A stretch of DNA of 64,000 nucleotides from an uncultured Armatimonadetes bacterium (GCA_963717145.1 OY970325.1:3648001-3712000), one strand, 5' to 3'; numbered from the stretch's first letter, positions 1-10,438 are shown. Notes: generated by a model not told the origin, from the letters alone. Numbers and translations: made by a program.

Positions 1-1
1 C

Positions 2-1585
2 ACCCTTTACTACGGGGATAACCTGGAGATCATGCGTGAGCATATCGCGGACGAGTCGGTCGATCTAGTCTACCTCGACCCGCCGTTCAACTCCTCGCGG
101 GACTACAACGTCCTCTTCAAGCAGGCGAAGATGGAGGAGCACCAGGCACAGATCCTCGCGTTCACAGACACCTGGGAGTGGCACAAGCGCACCTACGATG
201 ACTTTTTCGACGATCCCCGGAACGCCAAGTTCTTTGACCTGATGGACTCCCTCTTTCGTATGCTCGGCGGCTGCGAGATGATGGCCTACCTTATCATGAT
301 GGCCCCACGTCTACACGAGCTTCACCGTGTCTTGAAGCCGACGGGTAGCCTCTACCTCCACTGTGACCCCGTCGCAAGTCATTATCTGAAGGTGGTGCTG
401 GATGCAGTGTTCGGACCTGCGCGGTTTGTCAACGAGATCACCTGGAAGCGCACGAGTAGCCATAACGACAGTAAGAAGTGGATGGCAGTCGCGGACACGA
501 TCTTCTACTATTCCAAGACCGCGGAGCGTGCCTGGAATCCGCAGTTCCTCGGACACGATCCCACGTATGTGGGTCAGTTCTACAATCGCGAGGACGAGCG
601 TGGAGTCTTCCGCTTGGATCACATCATACGCTCAGCTACCATGGGCTTACGGCCGAATCTGACTTATGAGTACAAAGGTTTCACTCCGCCGTTTGGCTGG
701 CGAGTAGTCCGCGAGAAACTCGAGAAGCTTGATGAAGAGGGAAGCATATCCTGGAGCAAGACGGGCCGTCCGTACCTGAAGAGGTATCTGGAGGAGCAGA
801 AGGGCACTCCAATATCGACGCTCGTTACCGATATTCCACCGATCGGTGCGCAGGCCGCGGAACGCATGGGCTATCCCACTCAGAAGCCGCTTGCACTCCT
901 GGAACGCATCATCAACGCCTCATCGAACGAAGGGGACATCGTGTTCGACCCCTTCTGCGGTTGCGGTACGGCGGTTGTCGCCGCAGAGAAACTCGGACGA
1001 AAGTGGATCGGCATAGACATCACATACCTCGCGCTCGATCTCATCATTAGCCGTCTTAAAAACGACTTCCAGCTCAAGCGCAATCGGGACTACGACGTTC
1101 ACGGTGATCCGAAGGACGTCTATGCGGCACGCAAGCTGTTCGGCGAGAGCCCGAAGCAGTTCGAGATATGGGCGGTAAGCCTGGTCGAAGGTGTTCCCCA
1201 GCCTGAGAAGAGCGGCGACAGGGGCATCGACGGCAAAGTCTACTTCGGCGACGAGAAGCGGGCGAACCGTTCTGCCGTCTGCCAGGTGAAGGGCGGGCAT
1301 CTTACCCCAAGCCTGATTCGCGACTTCGCGCACGTGATCGAGCGAGAGAAGGCTGCGCTGGGGTACTTCATATCCCTTGAAAAGCCTACTAAGGGCATGT
1401 ACCAGGAGGCCGAAGAACTCGGCGTCTTCAAGTCCCCCAGCGGACGGAAGATACAGAAGCTCCAAATCCTCACCATCAAGGAGCTTCTGGAGGGCAAGGA
1501 GTTCGACTTCCCCAAAGGCTGGTCGGTGCGCAGCGGAGGCAAGAGAATCCTCCGCAAAGGCGAGCAGAAGGACATCGACTTCTAA
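2..1585 (+). CDS. Site-specific DNA methyltransferase (N6-adenine/N4-cytosine, beta class) with C-terminal Mrr-like PD-(D/E)XK domain; 5'-truncated by window edge
   Basis: Frame is open from base 2 (TLYYGDNLEIMREH). Catalytic DPPF precedes SAM-binding DPFCGCGT; also YPTQKP. C-terminal DRGIDG...QVKGG resembles Mrr_cat-type nuclease domains. Confidence 0.9.
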   Translation, partial: TLYYGDNLEIMREHIADESVDLVYLDPPFNSSRDYNVLFKQAKMEEHQAQILAFTDTWEWHKRTYDDFFDDPRNAKFFDLMDSLFRMLGGCEMMAYLIMMAPRLHELHRVLKPTGSLYLHCDPVASHYLKVVLDAVFGPARFVNEITWKRTSSHNDSKKWMAVADTIFYYSKTAERAWNPQFLGHDPTYVGQFYNREDERGVFRLDHIIRSATMGLRPNLTYEYKGFTPPFGWRVVREKLEKLDEEGSISWSKTGRPYLKRYLEEQKGTPISTLVTDIPPIGAQAAERMGYPTQKPLALLERIINASSNEGDIVFDPFCGCGTAVVAAEKLGRKWIGIDITYLALDLIISRLKNDFQLKRNRDYDVHGDPKDVYAARKLFGESPKQFEIWAVSLVEGVPQPEKSGDRGIDGKVYFGDEKRANRSAVCQVKGGHLTPSLIRDFAHVIEREKAALGYFISLEKPTKGMYQEAEELGVFKSPSGRKIQKLQILTIKELLEGKEFDFPKGWSVRSGGKRILRKGEQKDIDF

Positions 1586-1680
1586 TCCTCATCAACAGAC
1601 CCCCCTCGCCCGAGAGGGCGGTTACCCTTGTCGCGGGGGCCGGCTCATCTTTCTTCAGCCGCTCAACTCCACTATCGCCC

Positions 1681-1720
1681 ACCATTCCATTACCCCACCA
1701 TTCCATTACCCCATCACTCC
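1681..1720. repeat. Short tandem repeat (ACCATTCCATTACCCC x2 plus partial copy)
   Basis: Seen directly; intergenic. Confidence 0.7.
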
Positions 1721-1749
1721 TGTAACATTCCCACAAGCGATTTCGTAAT
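1721..1749 (+). promoter_or_regulatory. Putative ECF sigma promoter TGTAAC-N17-CGTAAT
   Basis: Matches the AAC...CGT consensus of envelope-stress ECF promoters; 50 bp upstream of GTG 1799, which has an AAGGGAGG RBS. Confidence 0.55.
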
Positions 1750-1798
1750 AACGGGTAAAGCAGTATCGGTAGTAGTCTGAACAAGGGAGGCATCGGCA

Positions 1799-3370
1799 GT
1801 GAACATCGGACTGGGATGGCTGGGTGTCGGAGTAGGACTTGCCGGTTGTTTGGCAACGTTTTTCATGGCGGCTGCGTCCATCGGACCTCGGGAGGCGCCA
1901 CGGCGCACCCGGCTCGCGATCGGGCTCACGCTTCTTCTCACTATTCTCCTCTGGGCAATCGCAATGAAGCGGCAGCCCCCGTTCTCCGAGGGACAGACGC
2001 TCGGCCTCGGCTTCCTGATCGGCGGCATAACCGGCGCGGCGGCCATCCTTCTATCGGACCGCCTGGCATCCGCTGAGGCCAGGGCGAAAGGCCTCGCCGG
2101 CCACTCGATTGCCTTCCTCGCGCTGTTCGGCGTCTCCCTCACCTACTCGATCTTCCACGGCAACCCGCAGGACGCGCTGATCGGCTTCTCGATCGGAGCA
2201 GCGATGGCGGCGATCCTCGGCAGCTACACCCAGGATTCGGACGCGGCGATCCATATCGAGGCATGGGCGCTCTTCGGGATAACGCTGGCGATCGGAGTCG
2301 TGCTGGCGGTCAGTCACTTCAACGAGTCGCCCGAGCGCACGTGGTGGTCGCTTCCGATTCTCCTCGCGACGACGGTCTGCATCGCGCGATTCGTCGGGAC
2401 GGAGCTGGCCGCCGGGAAGAGATCACCGCAACTGCTCTCGGCGCTGGTCACCGCCCTGATCGTCCTCGGCCTGAGCGCGATATACTCGTGGCGAATCGTC
2501 GCGAACTGGCAACTCCTGGAGGTGGTCGCGCTCGGCATCGGAGTCGCCGCGGTAGTCGCATGGCTGGGAAAGGAACCGCCAGGACGCCAGGGGACGTTAG
2601 GGGATGCGGCGGGGAGGCTGCAGGTGGCCTCATTGCTCATCCTGCTCGTGATGGCGTTCGTGGTCATCTCCTTCAAGCTCTGGTCCGGCCTCGGGATCGC
2701 CCTCGGCCTCATCGCGGCATGGTCAATCTTGGGAGTGGGAGAGTGGGGGAGTGGGAGAGTGGGCGATCCGGATTCACCCGCACTCCCAAACTCCCAAACT
2801 CCCACACTCCCACACTCCCTCTCCCCCCTTCTCTCCCTCGGCCTCGTCATACTTCTCTTCCGCCTGTTCATCGAGCAATACAGGTTCGATCTCCGGGGCG
2901 GCGACTTCCGCATCCACTACACGTTCGTCGGGGCGATGCTGGGAGTCGTGATCCCGTTCCTGTTCGCATCGTCGCTCATGAGGCTCAAGGGCTCGGAGGA
3001 TGACGCCGACCGGAGCGATGTCGGGCTGCTCGCGTCGGTCGGGCTGATCGGCCTGATCGCCGCCGCGACCCCGATCCTCCTGTTCCTGGTCTGGGATGTC
3101 AAGGTCGTGACGGGCTGGATGTTCGGGTCGACCGCCGCCATCGCGTTCTTCTTCATGATGCGCCTGGGGTCGGAGAAGGAGAACGGGCTGCCGGCATCCA
3201 TAGTGCTTCTCGTCGCCGGCGCTCAACTCGTGGCGATCAAGTTCATCCACCCGCTGTCCGAGATCGACCTCACCCGCTCGATCAGGATATGGACGCTGGC
3301 AGTGACAGTGGCGGTCGTCTTGATCGGCCTGGTGATCACCCAGTTCGTCTCCGCGCGCAGGGAAAGGTAG
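1799..3370 (+). CDS. Polytopic integral membrane protein, unknown function
   Basis: 523 aa with many hydrophobic segments; RBS upstream; first gene of the A2M operon. Confidence 0.85.
   Translation: MNIGLGWLGVGVGLAGCLATFFMAAASIGPREAPRRTRLAIGLTLLLTILLWAIAMKRQPPFSEGQTLGLGFLIGGITGAAAILLSDRLASAEARAKGLAGHSIAFLALFGVSLTYSIFHGNPQDALIGFSIGAAMAAILGSYTQDSDAAIHIEAWALFGITLAIGVVLAVSHFNESPERTWWSLPILLATTVCIARFVGTELAAGKRSPQLLSALVTALIVLGLSAIYSWRIVANWQLLEVVALGIGVAAVVAWLGKEPPGRQGTLGDAAGRLQVASLLILLVMAFVVISFKLWSGLGIALGLIAAWSILGVGEWGSGRVGDPDSPALPNSQTPTLPHSLSPLLSLGLVILLFRLFIEQYRFDLRGGDFRIHYTFVGAMLGVVIPFLFASSLMRLKGSEDDADRSDVGLLASVGLIGLIAAATPILLFLVWDVKVVTGWMFGSTAAIAFFFMMRLGSEKENGLPASIVLLVAGAQLVAIKFIHPLSEIDLTRSIRIWTLAVTVAVVLIGLVITQFVSARRER
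2731..2828. repeat. Inverted pair of 8-mer tandem repeats (GGGAGTGG... / ...ACTCCCAC) in-frame within membrane protein gene
   Basis: Encodes GVGEWGSGRVG...LPNSQTPTLPHSLSP; the same 8-mer unit is intergenic at about 55445-55471. Confidence 0.75.
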
Positions 3371-3378
3371 GGACCACG

Positions 3379-6300
3379 ATGGCCGCAAGCCGATTGTTCA
3401 GACTCAATGCGGCGATCCTGGTCGCCGTCGTGTGCATCTTCGCCCTGCTGGCGATCGCGATCAGCCAGGAGACCTCCATCGGCGCGCTCAGGGGGAAGGT
3501 CATCATCCAGGAGAACGGCAACCCGATCTCAGTCCCTGTCCACCTGACCCCGCTGTTCCAGACGGACGGTGGCAGACCCCGTTACGAGACCACGTCCACG
3601 CGGGACGGCTCATTCAGCTTCCGAAACCTCCCCGTGGGCTACTACAAGCTGGAGATCACCGCCAAGGCGCACTATATCAGCCCGGTTGATATCGCCATAT
3701 CGGAGGGCAAGACGACGAACATCGAGGTCGAGCTTGCCCCCGAGCCGCCGAGCCTTGACCTCCTTGTCCACCAGCACATCTTCACGCCCGACGAGCGGCC
3801 ACAGATCACCTGCAAGGGATTCGTCCCCTCGGATGACCTCGCGGTTCGGATCTACCGGGTCGATCTCAACTCCTTCCTGGTGGAATCGAGCGGCGACCTT
3901 CAATCCCTGCTTGGAGGCAGGTCGTACTACGACGAATCCGGACCGCCGGTGATCCTCGACGGCAATCCGGCACTGACGCTGGCCAAGTCGCTCCTCGTGC
4001 CCATCAAGACTCGCGACCTGGAAGGGGTCTTCATCCAGCGCATCAACCTGCCGAGACTCGCGCCCGGCCTTTACGTCACCGAAGTAAACGTCGGCGGCCT
4101 CCAGCGCGTCGACCTGTCAGGGGACAAGGCCGACAACCTCCAGCGGCTCGGCTGGGTGATGGTGACATCGCTCGGCCTGATCACCAAGTCCGCCGGGTCC
4201 GATACCCTCGCGTATACCGTCGATCTCAAAACCGGCGCACCCGTGGCCTCCGCGGATGTCACTATGTACCAGGATTCAAAGGCGGTCGCATCCGGGAAGA
4301 CGGGCGCTGACGGACTGCTGACCCTGCGCCGGTTGGCGACGGCAGGGGGCGAATCCAAATCAACGACCGTGGCGCGAAGTGGGGGTTCCTTCGCTTTCGT
4401 ATCCTCCTGGTTGTACAGTGAGGAACAGGCTGACAAGCTCGTCTACGCCTACACCGACAGGCCGGTGTACAGGCCGGGACAGAAAGTCTTCTTCCGGGGG
4501 ATAGTCCGCCAGATCAAGCAGGACGGCTACAACACTCCGGCTTCGATGCCGGTGACGGTCGAAGTCCGAGACCCCGATGACACGCTGATCTACCGGGCCA
4601 CGAAGCGCACCGACAAGTTCGGCGCGTACTCGGGGGGCTTCCCTCTCAATCCCGAGACGTCGTCCGGATACTACACCCTGGTTTCCACGCCGGGCGGACA
4701 CGGGCAGGGAGAGCCGGTCGGGTTCCAGGTCATGTCGTACCGCAAGCCGGAGTTCAGCGTCAAGGTCGATTTCCCACGCAAGCAGTACGTCCGGGGCGAG
4801 ACGGTTCACGCGAAGGTCTCCGCCACCTACTACTTCGGCGCGCCCGTCGCCAATGCCAAGGTCGCCTGCACCATCCACCGTTCGCCCTACTGGCTCTTCG
4901 ATTCCGAAATGGCGGAGGAATACGAAGAGGACTATGAGGGAGGATACGAGGATTACGGCGGCTACGGCGAGATGGTCAAGGAAGTCGAAGCCCGCACGAA
5001 TTCGAACGGCGAGGCCGAGATCACCTTCCCGGCTGACTGGCCTCAACCCAAGGGCAACGACGCCTGGGACAGCGATCAGCAGTTCACTGTCGAGGCGACC
5101 GTGACAGACGTGAGCAACAGGGAGGCGACCGGAAACGGCTCCGTGGTCGCCACTCGGGGCGATTTCGCGATAGAGGTGCAGTCGGACCGATATGTCGTCG
5201 AACCCGGAGCGTCAGTCGGGGTGTCGATCAGGGCGGTGGACTATGACAAGCACCCGATGAAGAACCAGGACATCACGGTGCAGATCGGATACCAGAACTG
5301 GACCGACAAGGGCGAATCCAAGTTCGATGAGATACGCGAGGAACGGCTGACGACCGACAGCTCCGGCGTGACGCACATGAGCGTCAAGGCTGCGAAGCCC
5401 GGCGAGCTTCAGGTCATCGCCAAGTCGCGCGACCGGCGCGGGAACCACATCGTGTCCTCGGCCGGGGTCTGGGCATACAGCGGCGCATATGAATACGAAT
5501 ACGGAAGCGCCCGATTCCCCGATCTGCAGATCGTAACCGACAAGAAGACCTACGATCCGGGCGATACCGCGACGGTCCTCATCAATACGAAGACTCCGGG
5601 CGCAACCGCCCTGGTCACCATCGAAGGCAGCCGGGTGTACGACCGCATGACTGTGCGGCTCAAGGGCAAGACGACGATGGTCCGGATCCCTGTGAAGAGC
5701 GAGTACAAGCCGAACTTCTACATCGGCGTCTGCTTCGTCAAGAACAAGGGGTTCACCGAGCAGCAGGCGCGGGCGAAGGTCACCCTGAACGCTCAGTCGC
5801 TCAACATCAAGGTGCAGCCCGACAAGCCGAAGTATCGCCCAGGGGAGAAGGCCACGTACAAGATCAAGGTGACCGACGGGAGCGGCAAGCCGGTGGTGGC
5901 ACAGCTCTCGGTCGGCGTCGTCGACGAGGCGATCTATGCAATCGCGGAGGACAGGACCGACCCGATCCTCGACTTCTTCTATTCGCGCCGGTACAACCAG
6001 GTGCAGACCAGCTTCTCCTTCCCGGAGATCTACCTCAGCGATCCCGACAAGGCCGGCGCGCCCGCGGTGAGTAAGCCGGTACGCGTCCGTAAGCGGTTCG
6101 TCGATACGGCGTTCTGGACTGCGACTGTCGTGACCGATGCCGCTGGTGAGGCGACCGTGAGCTTCACGATGCCCGACAACCTGACGACGTGGCGCACGAC
6201 GGTTCGCGGGATCACCGCCGAGACGTCGTGCGGCCAGACGACCGGCAGCGTGCTCGCCCGCCAGGACTTCCTCGTGCGCCTTGAGATGCCGAGGTTCCTG

Positions 6301-8148
6301 GTGCAGAAGGACAGCTCGACGATCACCGCCGTCGTGCATAACTACACGGGCAGGGGTCAGCGCGCGGAGGTCGAGATAAAGGCTCCGGGCCTGCGCATCG
6401 ACGGAAGGGCGAAACAGAGTGTCCGCGTTCGGGACGGCGGCGTGGAGCGGCTCGACTGGCGGGTGAGCGCTCCGACACCCGGATCGTTCACCGTCACCGT
6501 GCGGGCGACCGGTGAGACTGCGGGCGATGCAATGCAGCTCGACATCCCGGTGTACCCACACGGCGTCGAGCACGTGATTGCGGAGACGGGATCGCTCACG
6601 GGCACGAAATCCGCCGGAATGAACGTGACCATCCGCAACGATTCGATCCCCGGGGTCACAAAGCTGAAGATCCGGCTCGCCCCGTCGCTCGCCGCCACGA
6701 TGCTCGGATCTCTCGACTACCTGGCTCAGTATCCATACGGCTGCACGGAGCAGACCACCAGCGCATTCATCCCCGACGTGGTACTCAGCCGCACGTTGAA
6801 GGAGCTTGGAATGCGCAATCCCAAGCTCGAGGCCAAGCTGCCCGACATGGTGGCGAAGGGGCTGTTCCGACTCTATCGGTTCCAGCTCGACGATGGCGGC
6901 TGGTCGTGGGGCGAGTACGGCAAGTCCGATCCGTGGATGACCGCCTACGTCTGCTACGGACTCGTCATGGCGCGTAATGCCGGCTTCCCGGTGAACGACG
7001 GAGTACTCGGACGCGGGTTCGAGACGCTTGCCCAGCAGGTTGCCGGGAAGAAGATCGACGCTGCTACAAGAACGTTCGGCCTCTACGTCCTCGCGCTCGC
7101 CGGTCAGGATGTCAGCAGCCAACTCACGGGCATCGCCGACAGAACGGATCTCGACAGCCGGTCGCTCGCCCTCGTCGCACTGGGCTTCTCGCGACTCGGT
7201 CGGCCCGAGGAGGCGAAGAGCGCTCTGCACAGGCTGTTCGCGCAGTCGGTCTCGGAGGCAGGAATGGTCCACTGGGGCCACGGTGACCAGTACTTCGGCG
7301 GCGGCGTCGAAACCACAGCGCTCGGCCTGAAGGCCGTTATGACGATCACCCCGAAGGACCCGCGCGCATTCAAGATCGTCCGCTGGCTGATGCACGAGAG
7401 GCGGGGAGACTGCTGGTACTCGACGAGGGATACCGCGATGGTCCTCTACGCGATGGCCGAATTCCTGAAGCAGACCAAAGAACTCAGCGCCGATTCCAAC
7501 ATCGTAGTCGTGCTGAACGGCAAGACAGTCGCCAGGACGCACTTCGGCAAGCAGTCGATCGGGGATCCCGAGTTCGAGGTGACGCTCACGAGCCGCGACC
7601 TCCGGAAGGGCAGGAACTCGCTGGAGATCAGAAAGACCGGCGTCGGAAACCTCTACTACACCACGCAGTTGACGCAGTGGGTCGCGAGAGACCATATTCC
7701 GGCCACAGTATCCGGCTCGGGTGTGTCGATCCGGAGGCAGTACTACAACCCATCGGCCCGCTACTATGAGAAGTACTCCGACAAGTATCTCGGCTCGCAG
7801 GTGGATCGGTGCAGGCCCGGCGACGTCATCCTGGTGCGGCTCATCGTCACCGCGAGCGCTCCCCTGGATCATCTGCTCATCGAGGACTTCATCCCCTCAG
7901 GCTGCGAGATCATCGACAAGGGGAGCGTGAACCCCTGGGAATGGAGCTACTGGTGGATCGGGCAGGACGTCAGAGATGAGAAGACGTCCTTCTATGTCCA
8001 TGAACTGCCCAAAGGGAAGCACGTGATCGGGTATCAGATGCGCGCCGGCTTCTCGGGCGATTTCCACGCGCTCCCGGCACAGGTGTTCGCCATGTACGAT
8101 CCCCAGGTGCGGGCGGCCAGCGAGGAAACGGAGTTCACGATCAGATGA
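3379..8148 (+). CDS. Bacterial alpha-2-macroglobulin family protein (MG2/A2M domains)
   Basis: YTDRPVYRPG (MG2), MPDNLTTW, intact thioester motif YPYGCTEQ, N-terminal signal/TM. ATG 3379 follows the previous stop. Confidence 0.93.
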   Translation: MAASRLFRLNAAILVAVVCIFALLAIAISQETSIGALRGKVIIQENGNPISVPVHLTPLFQTDGGRPRYETTSTRDGSFSFRNLPVGYYKLEITAKAHYISPVDIAISEGKTTNIEVELAPEPPSLDLLVHQHIFTPDERPQITCKGFVPSDDLAVRIYRVDLNSFLVESSGDLQSLLGGRSYYDESGPPVILDGNPALTLAKSLLVPIKTRDLEGVFIQRINLPRLAPGLYVTEVNVGGLQRVDLSGDKADNLQRLGWVMVTSLGLITKSAGSDTLAYTVDLKTGAPVASADVTMYQDSKAVASGKTGADGLLTLRRLATAGGESKSTTVARSGGSFAFVSSWLYSEEQADKLVYAYTDRPVYRPGQKVFFRGIVRQIKQDGYNTPASMPVTVEVRDPDDTLIYRATKRTDKFGAYSGGFPLNPETSSGYYTLVSTPGGHGQGEPVGFQVMSYRKPEFSVKVDFPRKQYVRGETVHAKVSATYYFGAPVANAKVACTIHRSPYWLFDSEMAEEYEEDYEGGYEDYGGYGEMVKEVEARTNSNGEAEITFPADWPQPKGNDAWDSDQQFTVEATVTDVSNREATGNGSVVATRGDFAIEVQSDRYVVEPGASVGVSIRAVDYDKHPMKNQDITVQIGYQNWTDKGESKFDEIREERLTTDSSGVTHMSVKAAKPGELQVIAKSRDRRGNHIVSSAGVWAYSGAYEYEYGSARFPDLQIVTDKKTYDPGDTATVLINTKTPGATALVTIEGSRVYDRMTVRLKGKTTMVRIPVKSEYKPNFYIGVCFVKNKGFTEQQARAKVTLNAQSLNIKVQPDKPKYRPGEKATYKIKVTDGSGKPVVAQLSVGVVDEAIYAIAEDRTDPILDFFYSRRYNQVQTSFSFPEIYLSDPDKAGAPAVSKPVRVRKRFVDTAFWTATVVTDAAGEATVSFTMPDNLTTWRTTVRGITAETSCGQTTGSVLARQDFLVRLEMPRFLVQKDSSTITAVVHNYTGRGQRAEVEIKAPGLRIDGRAKQSVRVRDGGVERLDWRVSAPTPGSFTVTVRATGETAGDAMQLDIPVYPHGVEHVIAETGSLTGTKSAGMNVTIRNDSIPGVTKLKIRLAPSLAATMLGSLDYLAQYPYGCTEQTTSAFIPDVVLSRTLKELGMRNPKLEAKLPDMVAKGLFRLYRFQLDDGGWSWGEYGKSDPWMTAYVCYGLVMARNAGFPVNDGVLGRGFETLAQQVAGKKIDAATRTFGLYVLALAGQDVSSQLTGIADRTDLDSRSLALVALGFSRLGRPEEAKSALHRLFAQSVSEAGMVHWGHGDQYFGGGVETTALGLKAVMTITPKDPRAFKIVRWLMHERRGDCWYSTRDTAMVLYAMAEFLKQTKELSADSNIVVVLNGKTVARTHFGKQSIGDPEFEVTLTSRDLRKGRNSLEIRKTGVGNLYYTTQLTQWVARDHIPATVSGSGVSIRRQYYNPSARYYEKYSDKYLGSQVDRCRPGDVILVRLIVTASAPLDHLLIEDFIPSGCEIIDKGSVNPWEWSYWWIGQDVRDEKTSFYVHELPKGKHVIGYQMRAGFSGDFHALPAQVFAMYDPQVRAASEETEFTIR

Positions 8149-8915
8149 AGACCCGCATGTGCGCCGTGGGAATCGGTATGGCCATGATCGTAGCGATGGG
8201 CGTCTGGGCCGCAGTCGCACCCGGCGGCGAGCGCGAGATCGCCTGCTACGTCACGTCCCTGCGGGGCCGGACTGACTCGCAGGTCTTCAACGCCGCCCTC
8301 GCGACAAAGAAGATCACGAATACGGTGATCGAACCCGGGCAGGTCTTCTCATTCCTCAAGACCGTCGGGCCGTGGACGGCCGACATGGGGTACGAGAAGG
8401 CCCCGGTGAGCTATGACGGCGAACTGGTCAGAAGCTGGGGCGGCGGCGTATGTCAGGTCTCCACCACGCTCTACAATGCGGCGCTGCTTGCCGGGCTGGA
8501 GATCGTCGAGCGGCACAATCATCACTGGCCCGCCAGATATGCGCCACTCGGACGAGACGCCGCCGTCGCCAATGGGGACATAGATTTGCGGTTCAGGAAC
8601 AATCTCCCCGCGCCGGTCCGGATCGTTGGCGAGATCGAGGGCGAGAACCTAGTGGTCCGCGTGATGTCGAGGTGCAAGCCGTCGTGCGAAGTCCGAATCG
8701 AGGCCGAGACGTGGTCGGTCACCGCGCCGAACGAGGTCATCCAGGATCGCACGACCGATCATACGGGCCGATGGAAGCTCGTGAATCGGGGACATCCCGG
8801 ATTCTATGTGGCAACCTACCGCAGGTTCATCTCGCCCGATGGAAGCCGAAGAGAGCTGCTCGCCGAGGATTCCTACCCCGCGATGAACCGCATCGTCCGC
8901 ATCACCGAGCGGTAG
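8145..8915 (+). CDS. VanW family protein with C-terminal G5-like domain
   Basis: GGGVCQVSTTLYNAAL...GRDAAV...DLRFRN is the VanW signature; ATGA overlap with the A2M stop. Confidence 0.9.
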   Translation: MKTRMCAVGIGMAMIVAMGVWAAVAPGGEREIACYVTSLRGRTDSQVFNAALATKKITNTVIEPGQVFSFLKTVGPWTADMGYEKAPVSYDGELVRSWGGGVCQVSTTLYNAALLAGLEIVERHNHHWPARYAPLGRDAAVANGDIDLRFRNNLPAPVRIVGEIEGENLVVRVMSRCKPSCEVRIEAETWSVTAPNEVIQDRTTDHTGRWKLVNRGHPGFYVATYRRFISPDGSRRELLAEDSYPAMNRIVRITER

Positions 8916-8959
8916 TCGCAGACGTGCAGAGGAACAGCACACGTGTATTGGAGGGAGCA

Positions 8960-10438
8960 ATGAGAGCATACTGCGCCGCTTGGCATATACTCGGAAGACA
9001 GCACATCCACGGGCGGATCGGAGCGCGGAGGAAGACGCTGGCCGTCTTGGCCGTAATCGGGCTCTGCCGATCGAGTGACCCGGTGTCGGCCGCACAGGAG
9101 ATGGCGGATGTCAGGAAAGACAAGCCCGGCGTAGCCTACCACGTCAGCGCCGGCACCGGAAAAGACTCGAACGATGGCCTGTCACCTCAGTCGGCCTGGC
9201 AGACGATCGCGCGCGTGAACTCGGCGCATCTGAGACCGGGAGACTCCGTCCTGTTCAAGAGAAGCGATACGTGGCGGGGGCAGCTCGTGCCGATCAGTGG
9301 AGATGCGACCGGGCAGGTCACATACGGCGCTTATGGCAAGGGGGCGAAGCCTCGCATCTTTGGTTCCGTTCAGAGAAACAGCCGGACCGACTGGCATGAC
9401 CGGGGCGGCAACGTGTGGGAGACCGAGAGCATCCCGGTGGACGTGGGGAATATCATCCTTGACGAGGGGAAAGCCGTAGGCATCAAGGTCTGGAGCCGGA
9501 AGGATGTGGATCGGCCATACAGATTCTGCTATGACCGGGACAAGACCTCGGCCGTAATGTACTGCGAGGAGAACCCGGCGAAGCGGTACTCGAGTATCGA
9601 ATGCGCGCTTACCAGGAACGTTATCCACGAAGACCACAGGAGTTATGTTACCTACAGCGACCTCGACGTGCGTTATGGCGGGGCACATGGGATAGGAGGC
9701 GTCAGTACCAGCCATATCGTGGTGAGGGACTGCGATTTCTCCTTCATCGGAGGCGGACTTCTGCACACCACCGAGTCCGGGAAGCCTGTCAGGTATGGCA
9801 ACGGAGTCGAGTTCTGGGACGATGCCCACGACAACCTGGTCGAAAGATGCAGGCTATGGGAGATATATGACGCCGCGCTCACCAATCAGGGATTGGGCAC
9901 AAACACCCAGGCCAACATCTTCTACCGCAACAACGTCATCTGGAATTGTGAGTACTCCTTTGAATACTGGAACCGGCCGGGGGACTCGATTACGAGAAAC
10001 ATCCGCTTCGAGAACAACACCTGCGTCAATGCCGGACATGGATGGGGTCATAGCCAGAGACCGGATCCGAGCGGCAGACACCTGATGTTCTACGAGAACA
10101 GCGCCAAGACGACATCGTTCTTCGTACGCAACAACATCTTCTATCAGATGCCCAGGGACAAGGAATGCTGCCTGTACCTGGGGAATGACTGGTCGGCCGG
10201 ACTGGTCGTGGACCACAACTGCTGGTACCAGCCATCGGGGACCATGATACGCTGGGGGGCGGACTCCTACACGATGAACGAGCTGCCGGCCTATCAGGCG
10301 AAGACGGGTAAGGACATCAACTCGGTGGCCGCAGACCCGCGCCTTGTTGACATAGATCGCCTCGACTTCCGTCCCGCTCCGGACAGCCCGGTCCTCAGGC
10401 TCACTGCTGAGGGAAGCTACGCAGGCGCGCTGCCGTAG
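8960..10438 (+). CDS. Right-handed parallel beta-helix repeat protein (putative polysaccharide lyase/hydrolase)
   Basis: YHVS..G.DSNDGLS, LRPGDSVLFKR and NN-rich beta-helix repeats. ATG 8960 follows GGAGGG; start uncertain. Confidence 0.8.
   Translation: MRAYCAAWHILGRQHIHGRIGARRKTLAVLAVIGLCRSSDPVSAAQEMADVRKDKPGVAYHVSAGTGKDSNDGLSPQSAWQTIARVNSAHLRPGDSVLFKRSDTWRGQLVPISGDATGQVTYGAYGKGAKPRIFGSVQRNSRTDWHDRGGNVWETESIPVDVGNIILDEGKAVGIKVWSRKDVDRPYRFCYDRDKTSAVMYCEENPAKRYSSIECALTRNVIHEDHRSYVTYSDLDVRYGGAHGIGGVSTSHIVVRDCDFSFIGGGLLHTTESGKPVRYGNGVEFWDDAHDNLVERCRLWEIYDAALTNQGLGTNTQANIFYRNNVIWNCEYSFEYWNRPGDSITRNIRFENNTCVNAGHGWGHSQRPDPSGRHLMFYENSAKTTSFFVRNNIFYQMPRDKECCLYLGNDWSAGLVVDHNCWYQPSGTMIRWGADSYTMNELPAYQAKTGKDINSVAADPRLVDIDRLDFRPAPDSPVLRLTAEGSYAGALP

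Noticed and set aside
5212-7872. Long antisense ORFs (also 14750-16261, 20981-23182, 25295-27481, 48660-49886)
   Set aside because: Shadow frames opposite well-supported genes, expected in high-GC DNA; no motifs.
8450-8959. N-terminal extensions in the ORF track (also 3289, 12156, 15760, 41172, 42546, 53058, 59130)
   Set aside because: They overlap neighbouring genes or repeats; downstream starts have better RBS or signal peptides.
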